Shown here: one piece after another, positions 20,675-29,393 of the stretch | How positions within the stretch are numbered: position 1 is the stretch's first letter | Layout of the letters: the number at the start of each line of letters is the position of its first letter | Made by a program: the position numbers and the translations under genes | NCBI GenBank assembly: GCA_963845065.1 | Contig: CAWJQQ010000001.1 | Coordinates: 96,001-160,000 of the forward strand | Length of the DNA: 64,000 nt | DNA from: Nitrospirota bacterium | GTDB lineage: Bacteria; Nitrospirota; UBA9217 | Direction of reading: 5' to 3' | Notes under the pieces: model-generated | Seen by the model: only the letters and a program-made list of their open reading frames with translations | The model's database searches: none | Told to the model about the DNA's origin: nothing

Positions 20675-21031
20675 ATGGTCAATATCTCCTTTGTGCTAAA
20701 TGTCGTCTTCTACCGTCCTGAGTCGGGCAATGAGCCGGTCCGGGAATGGTTAAAAGAGCTTCCTCGCGAGGACAAGAAGCTTATTGGAGAAGATATTAAA
20801 ACCGCGCAAATCGGATGGCCTATTGGGATGCCGTTGATCGAAAAACTCGACACGACTTTGTGGGAAGTGCGAACAAAACTAAAAAAAGGCATTGCTCGCG
20901 TTTTATTTACAGTCGACGGAAACTACATGATTTTATTGCACGGCTTCATTAAAAAAACACTGAAGATTCCCGAACATGAGCTAGAGACGGCACTAGTACG
21001 TCTCCGCAAATATAAAAGAGGTGCTAAATGA
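20675..21031 (+). CDS. RelE/HigB-family (Gp49/DUF891) toxin
   Basis: FYRPESGNEPVREWL..GWPIGMP..LWEVR..LLHGFIKKT. Confidence 0.9.
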   Translation: MVNISFVLNVVFYRPESGNEPVREWLKELPREDKKLIGEDIKTAQIGWPIGMPLIEKLDTTLWEVRTKLKKGIARVLFTVDGNYMILLHGFIKKTLKIPEHELETALVRLRKYKRGAK

Positions 21032-21309
21032 AAAACATGCATAGAGGTAGCAGTTTCGATGATTTCCTTGGGCAAGAAGGACTCCGCGCGGGTGCGGAAG
21101 CGGTTGCTATCAAGAGAGCTATTTCTCATCAGATAGAAATGGAAATGAAGAGAGCAAAAATATCAAAATCGAAAATGACCATAAAAATGCGGACGAGCCG
21201 TTCCGCTTTAGACAGGCTTCTTGACCCATCCAACGTATCAGTTACTCTTCAGACCCTTGAAAAAGCTGCCAGTGCTTTGGGAAAACAACTTAAAATTAAA
21301 CTGGCATAA
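21028..21309 (+). CDS. XRE-family HTH antitoxin
   Basis: GSSFDDFL..TSRSALDRLLDP..VTLQTL; ATGA overlap with the toxin. Confidence 0.9.
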   Translation: MKNMHRGSSFDDFLGQEGLRAGAEAVAIKRAISHQIEMEMKRAKISKSKMTIKMRTSRSALDRLLDPSNVSVTLQTLEKAASALGKQLKIKLA

Positions 21310-21499
21310 ATTCAGCGGTCGCCTTTTGAAACCTCGGTCTGAGGGAAAATAATCTTTCCGCGAAATAGATCGTCGCCCAAGAAATAGCTGTAAAGTGTGT
21401 CCGCAGCAGCCTTGGCTCAGGTCAATCGGTGCAGGTCCCGCTGGTGACTCAAGCCTCGAAGTTTGCCAGTTTATCCGGCCACTCCAGTGTCTTCCAAAT

Positions 21500-21615
21500 G
21501 ACTGTCCTGTTACCGTCCTGTTAAATCAAAGCGCTTTTTTGCGAGCCCTAAATCCTTGAATTGCTGAGGCGAAACAATAGGGCATTGCAACCCCTTGGGG
21601 TTGCGCACCAAAAAA
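21500..21615. repeat. Attachment-arm repeat type X, copy 3
   Basis: ACTGTCCTGTTACCGTCCTGTTA, TAAATCCTTGAAT and ACCCCTTGGGGT. Confidence 0.75.
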
Positions 21616-21746
21616 GATTTCTTGGAAGCGATATATGCATGATCTTTACTGAAACTTGACTAAAGAAACCCCGCTGTATATTCCAGTTGAAAAGTGACTA
21701 CATTTATGCTATTATGGTGACCACATAATTCATATAAGGAGATCAC

Positions 21747-22007
21747 ATGATATCCGTTGGGATAAAAGAATTGAAGGAAAAATTGAGCGGTTATGTGGAT
21801 AAAGTGCGCCATGGCGAAGAGATCGTGGTAACGGACCGCGGAAGAGAAATTGCCCTGCTCACACCCATTTCACGGGAGCGGGGAGCGATTAAGGAACTCG
21901 TGGAAACTGGCAAGGTTAAGTGGGCAGGTGGAAAGCCGGCAGGTTTACGGTGCATTAAGACAAAAGGGAAGCCTCTTTCGAAGACAATCCTGGAGGAGCG
22001 ACGTTGA
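21747..22007 (+). CDS. Phd/YefM-family antitoxin
   Basis: VGIKELKEKLS..GEEIVVTDRG; AGGAG RBS. Confidence 0.9.
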   Translation: MISVGIKELKEKLSGYVDKVRHGEEIVVTDRGREIALLTPISRERGAIKELVETGKVKWAGGKPAGLRCIKTKGKPLSKTILEERR

Positions 22008-22429
22008 TCCTTTATCTTGATACAAGCAGCATTGTGAAGCTCTATCTTGCAGAGGCTCACTCCGGCGATGTTCGAGGATGGTCGGAAGAGGCAGAGATCG
22101 TGGCAACCTGTCGTCTAGCCTACCCGGAAATGGTATCAGCGTTAACCAGACGCTACTGTGGCGGAGATCTATCAAAGCCGGACTATGAGCTGCTCTTGAA
22201 GACTTTCGATGCGGAATGGTCGCATTTTGCCGTGGTTGATTTCGACGAAATCGCCGCGGGACGTTTGGCGGAGAAACACGGATTGCGGGGATTTGATGCT
22301 GTTCACCTTGCCACCGCAAAACAACTGAAGTATTTCCAACCCCATATCTCCCTTGCTTTTTCATCCTTTGATGGTGACCTCAATAAAGCGGCGGCAGCTG
22401 AAAAACTGACTGTGTTAGAGCCGAAATAA
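22004..22429 (+). CDS. vapC: VapC/PIN-domain toxin
   Basis: YLDTSSIVK..E..LRGFDAVHLA..FDGDL. Confidence 0.9.
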   Translation: MILYLDTSSIVKLYLAEAHSGDVRGWSEEAEIVATCRLAYPEMVSALTRRYCGGDLSKPDYELLLKTFDAEWSHFAVVDFDEIAAGRLAEKHGLRGFDAVHLATAKQLKYFQPHISLAFSSFDGDLNKAAAAEKLTVLEPK

Positions 22430-22552
22430 CAACCGACTAAACAGTAATCTTTCTTCAATTCCAGGCGATCCAGGAAAAATTCCTAAGCTAAACCCCCGGC
22501 TGGGTCTCTGCCAACTACTAATGTCGTAAGTCCCATCCGCGATCCACTTTAT

Positions 22553-22669
22553 ATCTGTCCTTATACTGTTCTGTTGGACCAAAGCACTTATGTAGTAGTT
22601 CCAAGTCCCTGATTTACTGGGTCGAGAAAATGAGATCTTTCACCCCTTGGGGTGATCTGCCCGAGGGTC
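22553..22669. repeat. Attachment-arm repeat type X, copy 4
   Basis: CTGTCCTTATACTGTTCTGTT, CAAGTCCCTGATT and CACCCCTTGGGGTGATCTGCCCGAGGGTC. Confidence 0.7.
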
Positions 22670-23010
22670 ATTTTATGACGGTGTGCACTTTTTTGCATTG
22701 CAGAGACTCACAGTTCTTTGATTGTCTGGCACGAGATGAACAGACTATGCCGCGCGCATTCCATTGATGTGGTTTGATCTCGTTGATTAGTTATATAAGG
22801 TGGATATCATCTAATACCTAAGTAGCTTAATAAATAGATCTAAAAAAGGTCGATGGTGTTTATTCTGCTCCCATTCGATGGTTACTTTGTTAATGATTCT
22901 CTTTGTGTTTCCAATGCATTCCGGATATGTGAGCTGTCTAAGGCCATGCAGAAAAAGTTGAATAAATTGTATGGGTAAAGGTAATAGGATTGCTCACGAT
23001 TTCTTAAAAC

Positions 23011-23040
23011 AAAAAAGCAGGCTGGATTTCAGCCTGCTTT
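23011..23040 (-). terminator. Intrinsic terminator
   Basis: AAAGCAGGCTG-loop-CAGCCTGCTTT with a T-run on the minus strand, downstream of the 23142-23411 gene. Confidence 0.75.
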
Positions 23041-23141
23041 CATGTCAGTTGATGCATCATCCTGTTGTTCTGTAGCTACAAAAAAATCGCATCGCTCTGT
23101 TAAAATTGAGAACAATTAATGTAGCTCCTTACGGCATTATG

Positions 23142-23411
23142 TCAAAAAACGGTAATACCATTCTTCCATTCCCGGCTCGGTTCCATCTTCCGTAAACCGC
23201 CTGCAGCTGAACCTTCCGCATATACCACCGGGCGAATGTCAAATGCAGTAATCCCGTTCCCTAAGGTGAGACCCAGTGCGAGATCATGTGATGGAGGAAC
23301 AACCTTTTCAAACGCCGTAATGCCATTATACTCACCAGCGCTCATAGCATATGCAGTTCCGAAACTAAGTGCAATTACCAGAACGCTCATTATGATTAGT
23401 ATCTTTTTCAT
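23142..23411 (-). CDS. Small secreted protein with three NGIT(A/V)F motifs
   Basis: MKK plus hydrophobic signal ending AYA; terminator downstream. Confidence 0.7.
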   Translation of the reverse strand: MKKILIIMSVLVIALSFGTAYAMSAGEYNGITAFEKVVPPSHDLALGLTLGNGITAFDIRPVVYAEGSAAGGLRKMEPSREWKNGITVF

Positions 23412-23854
23412 ATCAATCGCCTCTTTTCCTTTGGACTTTATCAAACCTTGCTATAAGCATATCACAGCTTTTGCAATTGTCAAGTGACTATGCAACTTTG
23501 CAACTAAGCGACTGCCTGATCAGGATCGATCCTGCCCCACCCAAAGGCCTGAGCCACGTGCTGTGTTCTCCTTTTGGATAGATCGAATACTCTTAGAAAT
23601 ATGAAAACAAGCAAACACCCTTATCGAATCCCTCGAGATATTCCAATTCATGCTTACCAGTTATTCCGGGAATTTATCAATGGGAAAATGGTGATGTGGA
23701 GGCGCTGGGTAGGATTACGTCGGAGATTGTTCCGCCTTCTCGTCCCTCAATACCTATAACAAATCTTTGCACTGTATGCCGGGGTAAAAAGTGAGAACTT
23801 TATCAACAAGGCGGGCGTGTCCCCCCATTGATTTATTAAGCCACTATTGGTTTG

Positions 23855-24646
23855 TTAAATACCGACTTCAATGTCATTCCATCCATTCCTTTTCAACATC
23901 CTCCTGCACGTTGAGAGCGCTTTTTCTGCAGTATTAATAGTGTCCGTTATATGCAGTAAATGGACTTTGCGAGGAAGAGTCTCCGAATTGCTCAAAATCT
24001 CTTCTAGCATTGCACTACACTGGGCATTTGAAATGTGATTATTACGAATATGATTTTCTTTTATATATTCTGGAATACCGACATTCTTATCGAGCATTCC
24101 ATCGTCGTGATCTGATTCAATAAATATGACGTCAGAATTCCTGAATAACTCTTTAATATGATCAGTCGGATATCTGAAATCAGTTGCATATACTATTTTC
24201 TTTATCTTATCCGGCATCTTTTTTTTGAAAACATATCCATAACAGCCACCCTCAGCGTCATGCTTTAGATTAAAAGCTTTGATAGCATAATCGCCGATAC
24301 TAAATTCTGTACGAACGCTGATAGCATGAATATGGTTCATTACAAGCTGTTTGAATTCTTCTTTGGTGGCTGCAACTGCAATTTTTTTTACCTCGTCATT
24401 GCAGTAAATCGGAATGCCATTAGCAGCTAATTTTCTGAGCATTGCTTCATTCATGTGGTCAGAATGTGTGATTACTGCACCGGTTATCTGTTCTATTGTC
24501 ATGTTTATATCGCTGAGACTCTTCTCAAGCACTTTCGGTCCCGCCCCACAATCGACGAGGATGAGATTCGTCTTGTCCATAATAATTGATGAGTTGCTTT
24601 TGCCACTCCGCACGATAGCAGTGTAACTACCGTCGTTTAATTCCAT
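23855..24646 (-). CDS. MBL-fold metallo-hydrolase (YycJ/WalJ-like), metal motif shortened
   Basis: SGKSNS, LVDCG, THSDH, HDA, ATD, ESDHD, HISN, LLH. Confidence 0.8.
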   Translation of the reverse strand: MELNDGSYTAIVRSGKSNSSIIMDKTNLILVDCGAGPKVLEKSLSDINMTIEQITGAVITHSDHMNEAMLRKLAANGIPIYCNDEVKKIAVAATKEEFKQLVMNHIHAISVRTEFSIGDYAIKAFNLKHDAEGGCYGYVFKKKMPDKIKKIVYATDFRYPTDHIKELFRNSDVIFIESDHDDGMLDKNVGIPEYIKENHIRNNHISNAQCSAMLEEILSNSETLPRKVHLLHITDTINTAEKALSTCRRMLKRNGWNDIEVGI

Positions 24647-24823
24647 TGAATTCCCCCGCAATCGTTATGGGTTATTAACATCGGTTACATGCTTTCTTCC
24701 CGCAGCACTCTTCTCCCTCCGCGATACCGGTGATAATAAAACCTGATGCCGATGTCCTTAATTATTGAGCATTAGAAAAGAGTATTGTAACCTCGTCGTT
24801 ATCGTATCTTCTTCGCTGTTTTT

Positions 24824-25174
24824 TTATTCCTTTTTTTTCTTGGCCTTCTTCTTCGCAACTTTCTTTTTAAGGCCTTTTTTCGCCGCCTTTTTCGTGGCCT
24901 TCTTCTTCGCTGCCGGAACCTTCACTTCAATCGTTTTCAGACTGCAGCAATATACGGGTTCATCGTATACTTCTCCGGTCCTAGACACCTCGATCTTTCT
25001 ACCGCATACCCTGCATTCGTAATGCCTGATCTTCTTTGCTGCCGGAGCATTGACTTCAATCGTTTCCAGACCGCAGCAATATGCGGGTTCCTCGTATACT
25101 TCTCCGGTCCTAGACAACTCGATCTTTCTGCCGCATACTCTGCACTCGTACTGCTTGGATCTCTTAATAGCCAT
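24824..25174 (-). CDS. Small protein with two CxxC..CC zinc-ribbon-like repeats and a Lys/Ala-rich tail
   Basis: YECRVCGRKIE..YCC occurs twice (120-bp DNA duplication); AGGAGG RBS. Confidence 0.8.
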   Translation of the reverse strand: MAIKRSKQYECRVCGRKIELSRTGEVYEEPAYCCGLETIEVNAPAAKKIRHYECRVCGRKIEVSRTGEVYDEPVYCCSLKTIEVKVPAAKKKATKKAAKKGLKKKVAKKKAKKKKE

Positions 25175-25573
25175 CTGTCACACCCTCCTTATCCAATCCT
25201 AACCCTAGTAGATCCTTGTCAGGGGAAAAGAACATACTTTACCAATATAAGCTTTACTTCGGTGATTCGCTGACTTACCGATGCCAACCCGTCTTCCTAG
25301 CTGCGATCACAATCCGCACACACGTCTTGGCGTCCGAGGCTGCCTTATTGATATTGAAGAGGGATTTTCAGATGCCTAAAAACATCTGGTAACTTAGCGG
25401 GGTACACCTGCAAAATAGTACGTGCTGATTCCACAGTGCATGCGAAAGGTTGTGAGGGCCGGCGTAGGCGATGCGTTCGGCAATACGATTGCAACACCCG
25501 GTGGTCTAATGATGCATTGCGAGCAGCAAAAAAATTAGCATCACAAAAGATCGCCTACCATCATTACTTGTTA

Positions 25574-26068
25574 TCATATCGCTTGTTTACGCTTTTGTCT
25601 CGCCTGGTATACGATAAACGAAAGATAACCTACGACTCCGGCATTGACGATCAGGAGAACAATTTTCGGCCACGTTACCCCGCGCGCGATCTCGAATATT
25701 TCGAGGAGAACATATATCCCACCTGTAAGAAGGCCGTACCATTCGCCCCACCACCGGCCGTGCCAGAGACCATAAGCTTCGACAAAGCGAGCTAACGCGT
25801 AGAGAAGGGCACAGATCGCTAATACCCAAAGCTGCACATCGGTCACGTGATCGGCCAAGTCGAGAAATATACGGGGGTAGCGGTTGGCCGGATTTAAATG
25901 GAAGTGCCGGACAAGCCGCTCAGCAGCCAGGTGAAGGTCCTTATGAAGATACTCCAATAACCCGAATCCGGTCAGTAAGATAAGCAGCCCTTTTGCTGCC
26001 TCACAGAGGGACACGATGCGAAGACCGCCTTGTACGCGGTCATATTTATTGACAGTTCTCACAAGCAT
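25574..26068 (-). CDS. DUF2127-family membrane protein
   Basis: EAAKG, YALARFVEAYGLW..WGEW..GIY..EIFE. Confidence 0.85.
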   Translation of the reverse strand: MLVRTVNKYDRVQGGLRIVSLCEAAKGLLILLTGFGLLEYLHKDLHLAAERLVRHFHLNPANRYPRIFLDLADHVTDVQLWVLAICALLYALARFVEAYGLWHGRWWGEWYGLLTGGIYVLLEIFEIARGVTWPKIVLLIVNAGVVGYLSFIVYQARQKRKQAI

Positions 26069-26584
26069 ATACCTATTCAATGGATCTAGTCAAAAAGCAG
26101 AGAACCGTTGCTCTCATTATGATAAACTATGTAATTTAATTTCAGGATAGTGGCTGACCTTCCTATGCCCATAAAGTCCGTTGTTCCGCAGATATATTGG
26201 AAAATAAGTATTTCAATTCCGTATGTATTTCCTTTGATGTGAACGGTTTTAACAAAACACCTTATGCTCCTTGAAATATGCGTCAAGCCCTGCTCTCAGC
26301 TAGAACCGTACTTAAAATGTAGCATAAATATCGGTCGCTGTCTCGATCAGCGCAAGCATTTGAGTGCTCTCGTCTTTCTGAGGCATAGAATCCAATATAT
26401 CACTACCATATATAATGCTAACGAACACGCATTGATAAGTGAAGTGTTGCTGATAATGCAAATTTCAACTGCTTCAGAATATAGTTGCGTTTTTATAGTG
26501 ATATAAAAAAAAGATTATAATCAGAAATTAACGTCAAAAAAAGCATATTGCCTTAGAAAATAAGCACATCATTTCCATGTAACG

Positions 26585-26715
26585 TCAAGGTTCATATCCC
26601 TGAAGGTCGAAGGAAAGAATCCGGCACCCGCTACCAAATAATTCAAGGGTTACAGTTCTTACTGTTACCCCGTTTCTTTTTATCAGGATAGTATCGGAAC
26701 AGTTATAGGACAGAT
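26585..26715 (+). repeat. Degenerate tRNA-fMet 3' fragment plus attachment arm (type Y), copy 1
   Basis: ..CATATCCCTGAAGGTC..AATCCGGCACCCGCTACCA, then ATTCAAGGGTTA and ATCAGGATAGTATCGGAACAGTTA. Confidence 0.7.
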
Positions 26716-26849
26716 AGAAACCCTCACGGTTCAGCCAGCCTATCCGCAAATTTCTCTTACATGCTGACAAACTGCACATATCATAAAACTGTTATCGGCT
26801 CAGTAAAGATTTACAAAAAAAGTGCTGGTTAATATGTCTGTAAAACCGG

Positions 26850-27010
26850 CTGACTCCTGAAAAAGAACATTTTCTAAAATCTTCGAGCTAACGGCTGAAT
26901 AACAAAGCCTTTTTGATCGCCTAACTGCTCTAAAGGAAAAGAACAGACTTGAACAGGAAAAAATACCTCACTCGTATGTTGTAAGCAAATTACGACAACT
27001 GATCGGGTAG
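26850..27010 (+). pseudogene. Possible Wadjet JetD (DUF2220 Toprim-like) C-terminal fragment
   Basis: LTAE*QSLFDRL...NRLEQEKIPHSYV resembles the JetD terminal RLEQE motif. Confidence 0.4.
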
Positions 27011-27189
27011 CGATTCAGACGCGGGTTTAAGCAGTACCGGAAAATACTCGTTGACTGATATTGAGAACTGACATAGACCATTGACGTTAATTCAAGTTGT
27101 AATATTGTTTACCACATATCAAATAAACCTGTATCCAGATATTATTCTTCAATTACTCAGATTCAATTCACCAACAGTAATAAGCTTGC

Positions 27190-27407
27190 TGACAGAATTG
27201 TATCCGCGAAACAGAAAGCCGTCGAGAGGCGAACACTTCTACGTATGGCCGGAATCGATATATCAGCGTTAACTAATATGGATCTGGTGGACGCAGCGCT
27301 CTGCGCTCTTACGGCACAGCATCTTGTGGCAGGCAGCATTAAAACATATGGAGATATCACAGATGGTTTTATTGTTGTCCCCGCCGATAGACTGAGTGAA
27401 GTCTGAG
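27190..27407 (+). pseudogene. DUF429-family C-terminal fragment
   Basis: ..NMDLVDAALCALTA..YGDITDGFIVVP; no N-terminus. Confidence 0.6.
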
Positions 27408-27471
27408 AATTTAAAGTTCTATCTGGATATTTATGGTTTTATTTCCAGATCTGCCTTATCATGACTGACTA

Positions 27472-27597
27472 TCGTGTTCACAACTCGAAGGTCGTCGGTT
27501 CAAATCCGCCCCCGCTACCAATAAACACAAGTGGTTACAGCATGAGCTGTATCCCCTATTTTTTTATCAGGATAGTATCAGGACAGTTACAGGATAC
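27472..27597 (+). repeat. tRNA-fMet 3' fragment plus attachment arm (type Y), copy 2
   Basis: CGAAGGTCGTCGGTTCAAATCCGCCCCCGCTACCA, then a hairpin and ATCAGGATAGTATCAGGACAGTTACAGGA. Confidence 0.8.
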
Positions 27598-27604
27598 CCA
27601 ATGG

Positions 27605-27793
27605 AATACCTACAGCTTTTCCAATTCATTATTACTGGATTTTCGGGAAATCTTCCAATTTCTGAGCGCCAACCAGTGCACAATACTAAATGTAATTTAG
27701 CATCTTAAAGAAACTCTAGATCTTAACCGATACACCTACAAACTTGCAGTCCTGCTGACAAAATTTCAATACAGACTATTGATTGATAATTAC
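27605..27793. repeat. ORF-less attC-adjacent element, copy E3
   Basis: TGCACAATACTAAATGTAATTTAGCATC...CACCTACAAACTTGCAG; motif 61 nt from the attC. Confidence 0.7.
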
Positions 27794-27849
27794 ATTCAAC
27801 GCTCCGGTTCGGCGGCGATAGCACCGTCCGGTGAAACCGGTCGTTAGGC
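27794..27849 (-). other. attC site (56 bp)
   Basis: Minus strand: GCCTAAC (contains the gene stop)-GACC-GGTTTCAC..CGAACC-GGAGC-GTTGAAT. Confidence 0.85.
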
Positions 27850-28512
27850 GTCAATACGCTTCTTACGCCGGAGTACAACATGGGTGGCTTTCTCCGACGC
27901 CACGAATTGGACGCATTCGTATCCTAGAGCTCGCAGGTCAACGGCTTCAAACAGTCGTTCTCCTCCACCTAGCAGGATCGGAGCGATAACGAAGTGCAGC
28001 TCATCAATGAGACTCGCACGAAGGTACTGCTGTATGGTGTTAGGTCCACCGCCAATGCGTACGTCCATCCCATTGGCCACATCGCGCGCCTGGTCAAGCG
28101 CTGCGTGAATGTCGTCTGTGACGAAGTGGAATGTCGTATTGCCTTCCATCTGGATGGGCGGGCGCGCGTGATGAGTCAAGATGAAGACTGGAACGTGATA
28201 GGGTGGGTTGTCCCCCCACCAACCTTTCCAGTTCATGTCGGGCCAGGGACCACGAATCGGTCCGAACATGTTCCTTCCGAGAATCCAAGCGCCAACTTTA
28301 TTAAAGCCTCGCGCGGCGAACTCGTTATCAATCCCCGTTGTGCCACCGTCGGCGCCAAATAAGGCACGCTGGAACGTGCGCGTCGGGAGTGCCCACTGGT
28401 GCAAAGCTGTCCCACCCACGCCGAGCGGATTATTGATGTCCTGACCTGGACCAGCTCCGTATCCGTCAAGCGAGATGGTAAAGCTCTCAACTCGGACCCG
28501 TGTCATTTTCAT
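27844..28512 (-). CDS. Dihydrofolate reductase/RibD C-terminal family protein (gene cassette)
   Basis: ISLDGYGAG, ILGRNMF, GWWGDNPPY, IGGG, IDELH. Confidence 0.92.
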   Translation of the reverse strand: MKMTRVRVESFTISLDGYGAGPGQDINNPLGVGGTALHQWALPTRTFQRALFGADGGTTGIDNEFAARGFNKVGAWILGRNMFGPIRGPWPDMNWKGWWGDNPPYHVPVFILTHHARPPIQMEGNTTFHFVTDDIHAALDQARDVANGMDVRIGGGPNTIQQYLRASLIDELHFVIAPILLGGGERLFEAVDLRALGYECVQFVASEKATHVVLRRKKRIDA

Positions 28513-28530
28513 GCCTCCATTTGGATTGAC

Positions 28531-28658
28531 GCCTAACCAGTAATTGAGCAGGTCTGTCCAATATCACGAATCCCATGTTATCCAGCTAAGCAATGAACAT
28601 CCCAAGGTATTCGCACTGCTTTATTAACTTTTGTATTCCTGATTCAAGGTTATGTCAA
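28531..28658 (-). promoter_or_regulatory. Pc-like promoter plus attI-like simple site (platform 2)
   Basis: TTGACA-17-TACAAA (28658-28630); GCTCAAT-TACTG-GTTAGGC (L box, 5-bp spacer, R box) at 28549-28531. Confidence 0.75.
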
Positions 28659-28699
28659 AGCTACTGAATGGAGAAAAAAATAGGTAGCTGACTGCAATA

Positions 28700-28896
28700 A
28701 ACTGGTTGAATATTACCTTGGTTCAAGAAGGGAAACTTCGTGTGCATCAGGATGATGCTGTTGACAGAAAACCTTATCACAAAATGCATGATACAAAATG
28801 AATTTTGCACCTTCACCAATATTATACGAAACTAACCTTCACCTACAAGCTTGTAGCCGTGTTGACGAAATATCTATGCACAATACTAGATGATAA
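28700..28896. repeat. ORF-less attC-adjacent element, copy E4
   Basis: CAGGATG..GTTGACAGAAAA..AAATGCATGATAC..TGAATTTTGCACC..AATATTATACGAAACT..TTCACCTACAAGCTTG. Confidence 0.85.
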
Positions 28897-28955
28897 TCGT
28901 AATGGCCAGACTGATGGCGAGGTTATTGCGACCCGCTCAAGCCGCATGGTTAAGA
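28897..28955 (-). other. attC site with degenerate R' box
   Basis: Minus strand: TCTTAAC-CATGC-GGCTTGA..TCAGTC-TGGCC-ATTACGA. Confidence 0.65.
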
Positions 28956-29049
28956 TTCTTCTTTTTATGTTTCCGGATTGGCAATAAGTTCGGAGTTTGC
29001 TTAGAAAGTTACTTTGACAAGCAGCACCCCCTTGCTCAGCGTTTGTACG

Positions 29050-29349
29050 TCATGCAGCTTTTTTTACTATTTGCCGCGCTGACTCGAACGCATCCCTCAG
29101 CTCATGCTTCGCCGTCACGACGCCCGCTTCCGAGGCCGGCCAGAGGTCTGCAGCAGATCTCTGCAGCTCCCGCAGTTTGCTCGACAGCAGGTCGCACTTC
29201 GCCTGTAGGTTCTGGATACTTTGATCATACTCTGCCTGGAGATCGCTCGGTCCTCTTGAAGCCCTGACTTTGTATGCTTCGATCGTTTTCGACCATACCC
29301 TTATGTCCCTTGCCATCCTGGCTATATATTTCTCCCTCTCCATCTTCAT
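29050..29349 (-). CDS. Small coiled-coil hypothetical protein
   Basis: REKYIARM..W...I...LREL....DLW....GV..A..EL..AF pattern. Confidence 0.65.
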   Translation of the reverse strand: MKMEREKYIARMARDIRVWSKTIEAYKVRASRGPSDLQAEYDQSIQNLQAKCDLLSSKLRELQRSAADLWPASEAGVVTAKHELRDAFESARQIVKKAA

Positions 29350-29393
29350 CTCCAATCCTCTCTCTTCTTTGCAGCCACCTCATCCTCTTACTA

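Noticed and set aside
20463..22669. CRISPR array
   Set aside because: The repeats are ~115 bp, degenerate and ~1 kb apart; there are no cas genes or short repeat-spacer periodicity anywhere in the window.
28805..28987. 60-aa ORF as the product of the conserved element
   Set aside because: Homologous copies have stops and frameshifts in this frame, and the ORF runs across an attC.
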